From Dimorphilus gyrociliatus (Eukaryota; Animalia; Annelida): a stretch of 64,000 nt of DNA. A program made the position numbers and the translations under genes. This document shows positions 45,879 to 60,069 of the stretch, one piece after another. Location: the NCBI GenBank assembly GCA_904063045.1, contig CAJFCJ010000020.1, positions 1,728,916 through 1,792,915 on the forward strand. Reading direction: 5' to 3'. The stretch's first letter is position 1; the number at the start of each line of letters is the position of its first letter. The notes under the pieces were generated by a model. The model did not search any database and was not told the origin of the DNA. It worked only from the letters and a program-made list of their open reading frames with translations.

Positions 45879-48800
45879 CTACTTGGCGAAAAATGTTGCA
45901 GATGAACCTCCTCCGTAACCATAATTACCATTTACTTGGCTGACACTTCGGAAATCTTGCATGTCGAACATATCTCTAGAATCTCTTTCCTCATAATACA
46001 TATAAGGAGGATTACCTGTTAATATAATAAAAATCAAGGTTTGATATACTGTATGTACATATGCTGTTTATCGAACTTACTTTGTGTCATATTAACTAAA
46101 GTGGCAGATGGGGTACCAGCTCTGTTGGTCGGTGCACCCCCTACACCCATAGGACTATAGACGCCTGGCTGAGCCACCATCATTGTTTGAGGAGTAGTGA
46201 TAGGAAGAGGTTTTTTATCACTGGTATCGTTTGCATCGTTCATATTTTGTTTGAGAGGTTTGTGCGAGAATTTATGATAACGACAAAGACCCAAAACAGC
46301 CAAAACAGCTAGAACTATAAAAAGTATCCCAGCAACTCCTCCAATAGTACCTCCAATAATGTAACTTACTGTGTTATCTTCCTTTATATCTTGACATGTT
46401 GAACCTTTATAATCGGCCTCGCAGATGCAAGTAGGTGGCTTCCACCCACCAGAATCTTCTGGCGGATTGCATTTACCTTGGTTCTTACAATATCCCGCAC
46501 CTAGAATGAGGCAAGCTTGATGGCATCCATGTCTATCTTCTTCATTGCTAGGTTTCATCTTCGTGCTTCCGCTTCCTTTCGTTGTATAGCCCTCCGGACA
46601 TTTCTCACAATTTCTCTTCGTCTTATTACTTTTGAAATAACCAACTTTGCATTTTGAACACGAATTATTTTCTTCACCTAAATCACATTCTCTAAAACAA
46701 GCTCCACTCCCAGTTGCAGCTGGTCCTTCCGTAATCTGTTTACCTATAGTATTTAAGTCCTCACACTTGTCGCATTTGTCCATAATGTTTGCATTTGCTT
46801 TATATTCTCCAATTCCACAATCAACACAGTCTGAAGTTCCTATTCTCCTTTTACCTGGTGGACATATTTTTAGACAAACCTCATCATGTTTGCCCGCAGT
46901 TTTATCTTTTATTGTATCGAATTGATCGTTACATTTTATGCAAGTATCAGGAGACTCAGGAGGCTGATAAGTTCCCTTTGGACAATCATAACAACCGTCA
47001 TCAAATGATAAACCTTGTCCTTGGTCACATTTTTCTGTTGACTCCCTAGGAAGTATAGATGCCGTTTTTAGTTGGTTTGAATTTTCTGGGTTTTTTAAGA
47101 TTTCATCAACTTTAAGCTTGAGATCATCTTCACGAGGTGGTGATTTGGTGGTATCAAAATAAGTCGCAGTAAAAGCCGCTGTACTTCCCTCCTCAAATCT
47201 AATAATGTTTGTAAACATAAAAGAATTGAACGAAGATAGGGCGGGTTTCAGCATATTGATAACTCTTAATTCGAAATTTTTGAAGTCAGAAGAAGATCGA
47301 TTTGTTAATTGACTATTAAATGTGTCAGAAAATACGACATTGAAGATAAATTTTTTCGAACTAGCAACAGTATTGCAGTCACTAGAAGACTTTGCTCCAG
47401 TAGATGGTGTAGTGAAAAATTTTGGACAATCTAAACATTTCTTTTGCCATTTTTTGCTTTGGTATTTTCCTTTGGGACATACTTTGCATTGGTTTACGTC
47501 CGTATCTAAATACTCTCCTGGTTTACAGGGTGGTACAGTACATGCACCCCTAGTCTTGGAAGCCTCTTCTGGTGTTATCATGCCATTGTCACATTCCGTA
47601 CAGTTACTAAAAGGATTCATGAAAGTTTTTGGTTCATTTTCTTCAATAGTATTATCTTTATATTTTCCAATTGGGCATTTCATACATATGAAATTAGTTT
47701 GGCTGATATCTCGTTGATATCCACTTTCACAAACGCTCTCGCAATCCTCTTTTGCTGAAGATCCTAGTTTCTTAGTTGTCTTATCGGTAGGACATTTTAT
47801 GCATTCATTATTTCCGGGTGAAAAATCTTCATAGGGTTGATATGTTCCTAGTGGACATATTTTGCATTCCTTTCTATCTGGATGCAATACTAAACTATAG
47901 CCCTTTGTACAATTTCCATATCTACATTGGTCTCTTGATGTTGCGCCTACATATGCAGTGTCAGGCTTGTTGCCTGGACAGTTTGTACAAGTTTCAGAAA
48001 ATGGTTCATTTTCGGTTTTGAACATTCCAAGAGGACATGGTTCGCATGATGTTTCATTTTTATTATTAATGATTTGGTATTTAAGTCTCTTTCCAGCAGG
48101 ACAGAAGAATTTGCAAAACATCTCATTTATAGTAGCCTCTTGTTCTGTGGTTTTTTTGTCTGGACATTTAACACATTCGGTATCTTTCGTTTCATCCGAT
48201 CTGTATTCGCCTACAGGACAAGCTTTGCAGACGCCAGGATTATCACCCTCTCGAATGTAACCCAGTTCACATTTTACTCGGTTACAGTCAGCCGTACTCT
48301 TTGCACCTTCTTCTTTCGATGTTGTTCCAGATGGACATTGCTGGCATGAAAGCTCTTTACTTGCTTTATTTCTATAGGTACCAATTGGACATTTCTTGCA
48401 GGTTCCATCAGATTGTAACGCCTCTCCGCTTTCACATTGATCAATACAATCGGTTTCTTTTGACTTTCCGTCACCGTTGGTTGTCTTTCCCAGAACACAA
48501 GGTAGACAATAAGTTTTACCACTGTCCTCTTGATAATAACCTTTTTCACATTGTCTACAACGTCTATCAGATAGTGAGTAATATTGGCCAGGTGAACAAG
48601 ATAAAATACAATTATTCTTATTTGATGTACCCTTCGTTGCTGTTGTTTGTCCAGTTCCGCATCTTGAACAAGAGGAGCTACCGTCAGATTCACTATATTC
48701 TCCAATATCACAGGCCTTGCAACTCTTATCACTTTCATCATACATATATCCTTTTGTGCACTGGACACATTCATCGTCAACTTTGTGGTAAAATTGAGGG

Positions 48801-51800
48801 CAAGAAATGACTATTTCAGTTTTAAAAGAGCTAGTTATGATTTTGTTTCCTCCTGCAACATTATCAGTTATAAAGAGACCATCTTGCATTGCTGCTTTGT
48901 TTAAAGTTATGGTTGTTCTCGTACTGCCAATATATCTTAGCGAATTTTTAATGCTAATATCAGCATCAGCCCTATTACCGCTACATGTGACAGTTACAAC
49001 TGCATTTCCGCAATTGTTATCGGCATTACATAAACCTTGTCCTGTCTGGCCTTTTTGGTTGGTATGTAAAGTTCTTATATCCTCGATAATTTTTGATTTT
49101 AATCCATTTGTAGCCGTTGATTGGCAGCTTGTTAGATCGTAGCCCCATGAAGCAGTTAATGTAAACGATTTTACGCCGATTCTACCGCAAGGTGGGAATT
49201 TAAATTCATGCCATGGATCCTTCAGATTGAAGGTACCGATTGGACCACAAGTGTAGAATATTGGTGAAGGTAAGAGAGGATAATAAGATGCTGAACATGA
49301 CGGTTGACTGTTGACATAGAGGTTTTTGTATGTAGTACGAGTTGGTGTAATACCGTTAAGAGGAGCAGAGGGATTGTTACAATCGTCTCTTCTTATGAAA
49401 ATCTTGAACTTACAGATGGCTACATTATTCAACTTATCTCTCGCAACATATATAACTTGATAAACTCCAGCAGTGAATACTTGTCCATTTACGTAATTAA
49501 ATGATTTTTCCGTGTTTTTATTAAACGTTGGTTCAGTCCAAGTAACACTAATTAGACGAGATGAACCTGTTTTAACAATATTTGATGGACAGCTAACGAC
49601 ATTAGGACCTATTTTATCATTATTTTGGCTACAATCGTTTCCTATCTTATCAGAGGGGCAAATCTTTATTTTTCGTACTGATGGAATTATTCTTGTAGCA
49701 CCACTTTCGGTATTCATCAAAGACCAATCAAGGGTAATTTCATTTATCAATGATGCTGGATTATCGTTGCCTAATTTTTGAGCTTCATCAATTTCATTCG
49801 TACTTAATTCTCTATTCCAGAATTGTACTAAGCTTACGTAACCTAATAATCCCTCATTTTTAACGGAAGCCTTTTTATTCATATCGTATTTATCTCCTAT
49901 ACGGATTATACCATACTTCGGTAGTTCGTAATCTGGTTTATAACTTGACAATATGTTTGCCTGAGCTCCATCCACAAACAATTTTGCTACAGCCTTATTT
50001 GAATCGAAGGTGATAACTACATAATGCCATTGTCCATCGTTAACTCTATGATTAGCACCAAAAGGTAAAAATCTATCACCCCCATCAAAGAATAAGGTTA
50101 CTCCAGTATGATCAATATGAAGTAATTTCTCATCTATTTCCTTAGTTGTTTCTGATTCGGATGAGAAGAGAGTTAAGAACAAACCAGTATCAGCTTGGGA
50201 TAGATAACGAACGAAAACGCCCAAAGACATCATTCGCTTTTCCATTTTAAAGGGAACTGGAGAAACTGCACTACTGTCCTTTGTTGCCCTTAAGAAAGCT
50301 ATATCAAAGTTTCTATCAATTAATTTGCCACAATTTGATCCCACAACACCATTAGTACAACGACAGAAGTATTCATTAACACCATCTATGCATTGACCTC
50401 CATTACACTGTACATTCCTACAATCGTCTATGTTAGTCTCGCAATTTGTCCCCATAAATCCACTAGGACATTCACAATTGTATCCGTTATTTGTTAATGA
50501 ACATGTTCCTCCATTCTGACAAATACTATTTGCTCCACAATAATCTTTTTCTTTTTCGCAACCATCACCAGTAAAAGCTGGGGGACATTTACATACAGCT
50601 CGACCATCCTTTATAGAGCATGTTCCACCATTTAAACAAGGATTTGCATTTTCACATAATTTTGGCCCATCAGAACAGATAGCATTAAAAGTACCTGGTT
50701 TACAGGCACAATAGAATGTATTAAATACGTTGAAGCATTTAGCATCTCGTTTACATGTATCGTCGTTGCAGTTATTTTTCATTTTTTCACAATTTAAACC
50801 ATCGTAGCCCGAAGGGCAGTTACACTTATAACCGCTTCCTTCCTTTTCTTCGCATGGGGCATCATTTAGACAAGGATTGCTGTCACATTCTTTTATCTCT
50901 TCAGTACAGTTTTTGCCCTGATATCCACCTCTGCAAACGCATTCATAATCATTTACTGAATTCTTACACTCTTGAGTCCACTCTGCCTTGCAAGGATTTG
51001 GTTGACATAAATTTTTCTGCCTTTCACAGTTGAAACCCTCATATCCGCTTGGGCATTCGCACATGTACCCTCCAGTTTTATCAATACACTTCCCGCCATT
51101 AATGCATGGTTCGACATCGCATTCATTCTGTTCGTGTTGACATTTTGCTCCAAAGAAGCCGGTTGGACAGCCGCAAATGTAGGGAGGGTTTTCTCCCGGT
51201 CTGGGTCTACACGTTCCTCTTTCACATGGATCATCAACACAAGCGTCATCAACAACGCAATCTGATATACCATTTCTAACAGCTAATAGAGAGCATTTGT
51301 AACGAACTTCATAGTTGCTGCAAGTTCTATTGTTCGTTTGATTGGAGTTCAGACAAACAAGACCTCCATCAAGCTCACATGGAACAATTAAAACATCTCC
51401 AGTTTCTGACCACGTCTTCTTTGATTTAGCGTCTCTGCATCTAATTTCAAGAGGTTTTGTTCCCGAGCACACGTTATTAGCTACATAATGTTCGTCATCA
51501 TCGTCATTGGTGTCGGGTTTATCTGTATCTTGCCACTCCATCCAGAAATAATCAGATCTGTATCCCTCGCTACATAGACATTTTGTAGCGCTATTCTCGT
51601 AATCCTCGATGCATCGTCCTCTACCACTACAAGAAACCCCATTACATGGATTAGTTTTTCTCTTTTCGCATCGCTCTCCTTCAAAGTAGCGACTATTACA
51701 ATCGCAGACAAAGCGATTTAAGAGATTCCTGCAAGTTCCACCGTTCATACATGGGTTTGAAGCGCACTCGTCAACATTGGTTTCACAATCTTTCCCAATA

Positions 51801-54800
51801 AATCCGTCTACACAGAGACATTTACGGCGGAAACTACTAAGCTTTTCGCATGTTCCTCCATTCTGACAAGGTGAACGGGCACATATATCTTGACTCTGTT
51901 CACAAAATTGTCCAGAAAAGATTGATGTTGTAAGACAGAGACATTTATAATTGCCATCCAAATCTTGACACATGCCACCGTTCGCACATTGATTATTCAA
52001 ACAATCGTTTGCCTCAATTTCACATCTCTTTCCAGAATAAGCGTCAGACTCGGTTTGTTTTTTAATAAATAGTAGACTATTAGGATAAGGTACGAAGGAT
52101 GTTCCTTCACCTTTAAATAAGATACATCTCGAATCTAGAGTCTGATAAAGGGCATTTGTACAAGACGAATCTTCTTTACATGTCTGCATACATCCTTCTC
52201 GCGTTGCTCCTTGGTTGCTAGAATATGCAAGAACATTTCCATCCGAAGGAGCTTGATTTGATTTTTCTTCAAAGCTAATTTTTATTCGTTTCTTACATTC
52301 GCATTCAAAATCGTTTACCTTATCTGTGCATTTACCATCGTAGAAACAAGGATTTGAAGCACATTCATCAATATTTTGATCGCATAAATCGCCAGTCCAA
52401 CCAGCCTGACAGTTGCAAATAGCTCTGTGATTTTTCACATTACAATTTCCATTCAAGCACGGACTCGGCTGGCATACTCTTGAGGAGATGCAGAGAGATG
52501 CATCATCAGCTCCTTCTGATGCTGTTGTTTCATCAGATTGACATTCTTTGCATGTTGTACTCCCGTCCAAATTCTGATAGAACCCTTTGGGGCATTTTCG
52601 GCATGGAGCTCTTCCAGTTACAGAAAATTCACCAGGTTTACACCTTGCTCGACATTCTTCCAGACTCTTTGCTCCTGTTCTACCTTCAGTTTCTGTTCCT
52701 GTAGGACAAGCTTGACATTTCTCAGGACTAATCCAATAAGTATCAACAGGACACTGTCTACACGGAGGCAATTTAGAACTTGATATCATTCCCCTTTCAC
52801 AAACGGGTTTACAATCATCCCGTGATAGAGATCCAGAGTTATAGGTAAAAGTGTTATTTGGACACATTGTGCACTCATCTTTATTTATAGACTCTTGGAA
52901 AGTTCCCTTGGGACATTCCTGGCATTCACCAGCAACAGAATGATACCCAGGAGAACATGGAACTGAAATAGAACAATAATTATAATTCGTAATTGAACTT
53001 GCAATTATAATTGTAATGCTGAATATCAGCTTTATTACTTACTGCATAGGTCTTCTTTAGCTTTACCCACAGGACAAACATATCCATGACTTTCCTGGAA
53101 TTGACTGAAAAATTAAATAGACAACTTAGTTAAATAATATTTTTCCATGAAAAAGAAACAAATACGTACTTTCCCGTCTGAAGCAGTAATCTTAAGCATC
53201 CTGATGTTGAGCTGGGAACAATTTCAAATAAATGCTCAGCAAAACCTTTTTCTCCCTTGACTAATGTCTGAAGGAAGGCTGTGGTTAGTGACGCGCATCT
53301 GTCCTTTCGACTCTTGACCGTCTCAAAAGGTGTTATCGACCATGAGAGAGTGACGTAGAAGTTAGAAACTACAGATCTACCCTTTATTGCCTCATCAACC
53401 GAATCTGGCATTTTAACATTTACAATACTACAATGATCTTGCTCATCGGCTGTTTTCTCAATCAGTGCTTTTTTACTTCTAATCACACTTAAATATTCTG
53501 CTGCACAATTTTCGCTTATAAGGGAGAATGTAGAAGCTTTGTAAATCAATTGAATTTCTTGAAGATAAGTAGCTTCTTTCGGTTCTATTGTGTATAGAGT
53601 ATAAGATAAGAATTAAAAAAAAAGCTAAAAAGGAAAAGTGCTGATGATACTTACTAACGCAATCGGGAACTTCATTTCCAATATCCCAATCATTACCACT
53701 TTGACAGGAATAGACGCGAGTTGTTTTACCATCAGGAAAAACATAACCACTCTCACATGTCATAGTACAAACTGTTCCTCCAGGTGCTATTGCGCAGTTT
53801 TTGTTACCATTTTTAGGTTCTCTTAAAGACCATTCTACGCATTTTCCACTTTCAATTAAGTATTGATATTTACATTCAGCCATATTTTCCGACTCATCCC
53901 AAGCTTTTATGGTAACAGTGAAAACTTTACCAATATTTTTATAATTGACGTCAATTAAGTTTGGCTCCTTAGATTGTTTTACCGCGCCTATGATTGAATT
54001 TGCACCTTTTGTAGTCACTTGTCTATCTTCATTCTTTGATACGACAGTTTCAGTCTGATGATCTGGGCAACCAGATATGCTGACAACACTTCGTTCTATA
54101 TTGATATTAAAGAAAAACGCCTATTAGAAGGTTTGCCATGAAAGAAAACTCTATTTCACCTCTAATTTTTATTTTAACGTTGCACTCGGCCGCATTTCCT
54201 TCGTAATCTTCAGCAACCCATGTAATGTCGCTGTCCGCTTTAATTGGGGCATTAATATCAATGCTTCCAGCTTTAATGGTAACCGATTTTACTGCTCCAG
54301 AGTTATCGGTTACATGAGGTTTACTCAACGACAAAGTATCCAGTCTATTAATAATTACTATCTTATCATTTACGCAGTCAGTAAATTTAGGCGCTTCTCC
54401 ATCTTTTTAAAGTAGAATATATTATTAAAATGTCAGCTAAGCTTTACAATATGATACTTACCCTCGCAAACAACACTTGTTGCATCATCCCAGGTTGGTG
54501 TACCGCCATTAAATACGCATTTCAGTTGGCTTGGCTTTGGATTATAACCGGGTCTGTTACAAGTATACGTAACAACTTGACCCTCTTCGTATGAAACGGA
54601 ATGTTGAACAGCTTCAGGAGGAGTTCCAGGATCAGTACAAGTAGGTCCAGAGCACTTTAAATCATTGAGACCCCAATGACCATCCTTTTCACAGGCTACG
54701 ATATCGTTACCTTTGCTACTAGTTCCAGTTTTCTGATAGCCAGCTTTGCAAGCAAACCTAAACTCTTGAAGATATTCTGTATTGGAGGGTTTGGTACCGC

Positions 54801-57800
54801 TAAATCCAATAAGAACTCCAGGATCACCACAATCCAAAATACCGCACTCGAGATCATCACCCACTAGTCTATATGCTTGTTTAGTTTTGTCACCGTTTGC
54901 AGTGTCCCATAAACAAGTTCTGGACTTTTCAATAAACTTGCCCTTCTCTCCCTTTCTTGAAAGATCGCATTTCCAAGTGACTTTCATTCCAAATTCAACA
55001 GATGAGCCAGTACTAACTTCAGATGGTCTATTAATTACCGAAGACGGAATAGAAAGAGAATCACATCTAGCTCTAACGCATGTAGGTGTATTTCCACTCC
55101 ATTTTCCATCTTCTCCACAAGTTCTTTTTGTCCTAATGTTATTACCAGCACCAGACAGTTGATATCCAAGGCTACATTCATACTCTACTTCATCTCCAAA
55201 ATAGTATCTAGACTTTGTATTGAGAATAGCTCCGTTAGCAATAGTGTTGCCAATGTCTTCCTTGCATTCATTAGCTGTAATAAAACCAGAAAATATTAAT
55301 AAATAGTTTATTTCTAGATTAGAAGCATAGAAAAGGAAAGAGAAAAAGACTCACGTATACAAGTATGGTTATAATGATATAGATCGCCGCGTTGAGTACC
55401 AGTTTCTGAGGGATGTTTTGTAAAGCCACTTTGTCCATTTGTTGTAAATAAACTGTAGCCTGACGAGCATGAGCAAGCATAAGAACCTTGTGGATCGTCG
55501 GTACATATTTGACTACATCCTCCTTTATCACCTATGGCACATTCGTCAATATTAGAGCAAGTTTTGCCATCGTTTGCACTTAGTTTAAAGCCATCTCTGC
55601 ATTTGCAAATATAAGAACCAATTGAATTTTCACATTTATGTTGACATCCATGAGAACCCAAACATTCATTTTTATCTTGACAGTATGGCAGACTTCCAAG
55701 AGTTTGATCAGCTTTACACGCAAGTGAGGCAGTACCATTAATTTCGAAGCCCTCCTTACAAGTATATGTAATAACGTCCTCGAATTCGATAAATGCTGTT
55801 TGTTTATTAGAACTGGCGTTTGGTATCTGGGTTACAGGACATTTCTTTTCTATAAATAGACAAAAAGAAAATGTTAATATCGCTTATTTAATTTATTAAA
55901 AAATTTTCATACTTCTACAAGTAGCTAATTCTCCAGACCACTCTCCTCCATTCTTACAATAAATCACATGATTTCCTTTATAGTATTCAAACCCTTCATT
56001 GCACTGTGTAGTAAGAACTGTACCATATTCGAACCCTTCGCCGTGTACTCTACTCAGAACAGAGTTTGGAGGGGGACCTCTTGGTGGACAATTTTGACCT
56101 TTTTTTGAAAATATAAAAGTATATATAGTATTTATCTTAAAAGTTGGAAATGTCTTTTTTACTTACTTTCACATTTAGGAGAGGAACTCCATTTGCCATC
56201 TGCTTGACAATTAACATTACCATTTGGCGATATGGAAAAACCGGGAAAACACTTAAATGTTGCTGTTTGTCCTAATACAACTCCAGTTGTTTTCTCTATA
56301 TATCCATTATTAACATCCGGTACATGACCACAATAGCGTTTTACACATTGCGGTAAACGATTATAGTTCCATTTACCTCCAATTTCGCATCTTAACTCTA
56401 CTGCACTCTTTTCAAAGAATTCCTCAGCTGAAAAATAATATCCGGCGTTTAAGCAGGATACTGTAAACTTTGAACCAAAGTTTGCTGAATAAGTTCCTGA
56501 TGTAATAGATGTATCCACGTTTCTTTGATAGTCTGGACAATCTACAAAAAAACAGTTTAATTAGGCCTATTCATTTGAGAATAATTAGTAATATTTACCT
56601 ATAGAATATTTAGCACTAAAGCCTGTTGACTCTATATTAGCATCACTAGTGAATTTAATTAAGAGCTGTCCATTATTCACTTGTAGTTTAGTTGGAGCAT
56701 TTAAGCCGGAAAAGCCACTGCCTGAATGCACAGGTTGTGTTTGATCGGTAATTCCTCTAAAAATCTACATAAAAACAAACGATTTAAAAATGGAAACAAT
56801 ATACTCTTATTAGAAAGATGATTAACCTGTAAGAAGTCTCCAGTTCCCAGACGAAAGTCTGCTGAGGGAAATTTGACTGTTATAGGGCTATCAGTCTTTA
56901 TTAGCCATTTACAAGTCTGCAAAGCTGGATAATCTTCAATACCAAAACCTGGGGTTTGTATTGAACCAGATTTTCCGGTCAACTCAACATCACAACCTAG
57001 CAAAACAGAAATATTTCCATTAACTTTATTCATTTAGATTAAACAACAAAAAAACAGAGAGGAGAACAGTTTTTACCTATCTTATATCTTATTTGAAATC
57101 CAACGTTCGTTTTTTCGGATTTAGAATCAAGATAAATGTAAGCCGAATTAACAGTTGTAATAATAATTAGATCATTTGCTTTGGATGTGGCATCTAAAGT
57201 TGCTAGTACTTTAGAACTATCACTGTCTCCATTCTTTACAACGAGTTGATCTTTTTCGCCAAGCTTCACATCAAGAACCTAAATATTGATTTGCAAGGAA
57301 ATAGAAACATTTATTAATATCATATATATCTTATTATTAAATAAGAGAGCTTATTCGTTTACTTGAATAGTAATTAATGAGAATTGGGAAGCCTTTATTA
57401 GCCAATCTATTTTTATGTTACTAGGATAATTGAGCGGATAAAAAGGTGACATGATATATTGCCATTCGTCAGTCGCCGTGGGAACATCGCCATTACCTCC
57501 GGGTAAATACTCAAGGCCTAAAAAATTGGATAAGTCTGATGTAATTTCTTAGAATTTTAAAGAAATATTATATGAAAATTCAATATCATACTTGTTTGAG
57601 TTGTAGGAACGCCAGGACAAGTTTTCACCCAAAAAGAGGTTATATCATTAGATTTATTTGGTATAGGCTTAACAATCTTTGAATGTTGAATGCACCGCCC
57701 CTTTGTTGTGTAGAATGTGAACGCATGACAATTAATTTTACTTTCACAGCTAGTAATACAACTATTTTCGTCAGATCCTTCCAAAGTAATTAGGTCTTCG

Positions 57801-59310
57801 CCAGTTTGCATATAGTTCTCCTTTTTTCTCATTTCGCATTTATAAGCTATTTCGTATGGAAAATATTGGAGAAATATTAAGGTATTTACCAATATTATAT
57901 AGAACAGAAGAAACTGTTACATACTTGACGTCCATGTTCCACTGAAACCTTTGTTACCAATTGAACCATCGGTAGAGAATCGAATAATCATGAAATTGTT
58001 CTCAGAAATAAAAGTTGGTACTTGTCCCACACTTTTAACTCCTGATAATGACGCAGCAAACCGTGACTTTTCAAATGTATTACCATTTAACCAAATATCG
58101 ATGACGTCAAAACCACTTTCAGTTTGTAAATCGTTAAACTATTAATTAAAAGTTCAATAATTAATTCCAGTGGCTTAACAGCGCGTTATAAGAATGTAAA
58201 TTTCGTCTATTTTACCTTAAATTGAACTCTTCTTCCTGGTGGAGCTTCGATTATCCAAATACATTCTTTATACGAAGCATAAGACGTTGGAAAACCTTCG
58301 GAAACAATATTACCACTTTCGGTACCTTTCTTATAAAAGACGCATCTATCGGCTATAAAGAATATAATAAAGATAAATTGATATTCAACAAGAGAATTGA
58401 TAATTATTTACAGCATTTTTGATTATCTAACAATTCGTCAGACCTATCGCCACAGTCGTCAAAGCCGTCGCAGAGATATTCATTCTTGATGCATTTACCC
58501 GTTTTCTCACAGTAAAACTGATCTAGAAAGTATAAATAGTAAATTGGATTGAACTTGTTGTATACAAATGAATTAGATCTTTACCCGAAACACAGGCTGG
58601 TTTCATACATATGAATGGCAGTTTCTCGCCACACCAAGCAAAATTCCAGAAGGGAAATTTGTTTTCATATGTAATTTTTACACATTCTCCCTTATTAATA
58701 TTCGGTTGACCCGGTCCCCAATATCCGATAGACGTCTCCGTTTGTTTACCGGATACGTGAAATGCTTTTTTTGGTGTAGACGAGTCGACATTTTGACGGT
58801 TGTATCCTATCCAGTAGTTTACTATATTACTGTCTTTCTTACGAATTAGTTCCGAAATGAACTCGTTCGATGTAGCACCATCAATGGACGTCAAGTGTCC
58901 TCCTCCACTTTCGCAGATCACCTCCGCCTCGTCGAACGTCAATTTAGTAGTAAACACTTTATAGCAATCTGCACCCCGCTTTTCATAATCTTGAGGGCAC
59001 GTTAACTTGTCTTTTACTTCTTTAAGCTCTTCATAATTGAAAGGGAACGCTTGTGACGCCTAAGCATAAAATATTGAAAAAGACACCATAAAAAAGGGAA
59101 AATCAGATAGAAAAGAAAATTATCAAATAGAGAATTGTGGCAAAAAATATTATCGTGCGTAATAGAAAAAGAAGGGCAGAAAGGGTGGCGTGCCAAAAAT
59201 ACGGAAATCTTCAGTAATAACTTTATAACTAGACTAAAATATAACGTCACCTCTTGACATTTAATTGAGGCGTTTAATCCAAACACAAACAATAAACTTA
59301 TAATCTTCAT
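45879..59310 (-). CDS. Giant single-pass receptor (about 4,000 aa), uninflatable/SVEP1-like: SP-CTL-LDLa-CUB-PAN-CUB-CUB-sushi-EGF-HYR-GCC2/3-EGF-PAN-WxxW-EGF-LamG-HYR-GCC2/3-SEA-EGF-TM
   Basis: Signal peptide at 59310. C-type lectin exon from 59060, LDLa 58522-58412, CUB, sushi and EGF exons, a 6,882-nt exon 52962-46081, [28 protein letters not shown], and a final exon with NPPY ending at TAG 45879. Confidence 0.88.
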
Positions 59311-59825
59311 CTCTGGTATTCCCGCCGAATGAAATTAACAATACGTAACAGCTCGTGTCCTGATCCGACCGGCGGATTCAGCAGAGTCCGAGGGTGTTGG
59401 TGAAGGGTGCGGTTATTCAATACGCTTCTTGTAATGCTTCAATGGCTTTGAATATTCTTAATACGCAGGCTCGTATCTATCTAGCCCGGCACAATATAAT
59501 GACTAAGCTCTGAACTCTTCGACTTATGCATATGATATTTAAATAAATGAAAAGGATAGAAGAGTGTTTATACGTGAATGTTTCAATGTTTCCCTCCTTT
59601 ACATATCTATCATTCATTTAAAAATATACCCAAGTGGATAGCGTGATAGGAAAAAATAGAAAGTTTGATTGAAATCGATAAATCTTTTGCTGATTTTATG
59701 CTTTTATATTCAATTTATTAAACATACCTTTAAATCTTTGTATTCATACGTATCTGTTTTAATATACTATTGTATTAGGGGAAGATATGGGTATGGTATA
59801 TCAATATATGTGTATATATAGCTTT

Positions 59826-59860
59826 CTCTTCTCTTCTCTTCTCTTCTCTTCTCTTCTCTT
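59826..59860. repeat. (CTCTT)7 pentanucleotide repeat
   Basis: Direct reading. Confidence 0.9.
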
Positions 59861-60069
59861 CCTTTTTTCTCTCCTTCTCTAAATATTTGTATATCTATCT
59901 ATCTATAAAATCTACTACCTATTAAATCTATCTCTTCCCTTTCTGGATATGATAAAAAGGAAAAGAAATTAATAATTTAAAAGGTCGATTATCTATGTTC
60001 TTCTGCTAAATTAGGTTTTAAGGAGAAAAGAGAAGGCAAAGTGGGAGGGATAAAAAATCAATGGAATGA

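Noticed and set aside
46034-46080. ORF-track C-terminus of the giant protein ([14 protein letters not shown])
   Set aside because: Intron read-through; a strong donor at 46080 splices to a final exon ending at 45879.
46647-55531. Numerous antisense and alternate-frame ORFs over the giant receptor, and similar ones over SCD, Piwi, SLCO and the myosin-like gene
   Set aside because: Shadow ORFs of long coding exons with no protein-like features of their own.
59014-59066. Furin-like RHKRS in ORF 59014-59310
   Set aside because: It lies in a frame that stops immediately; the coding frame of that exon is ASQAFPFNY, leading into the C-type lectin.
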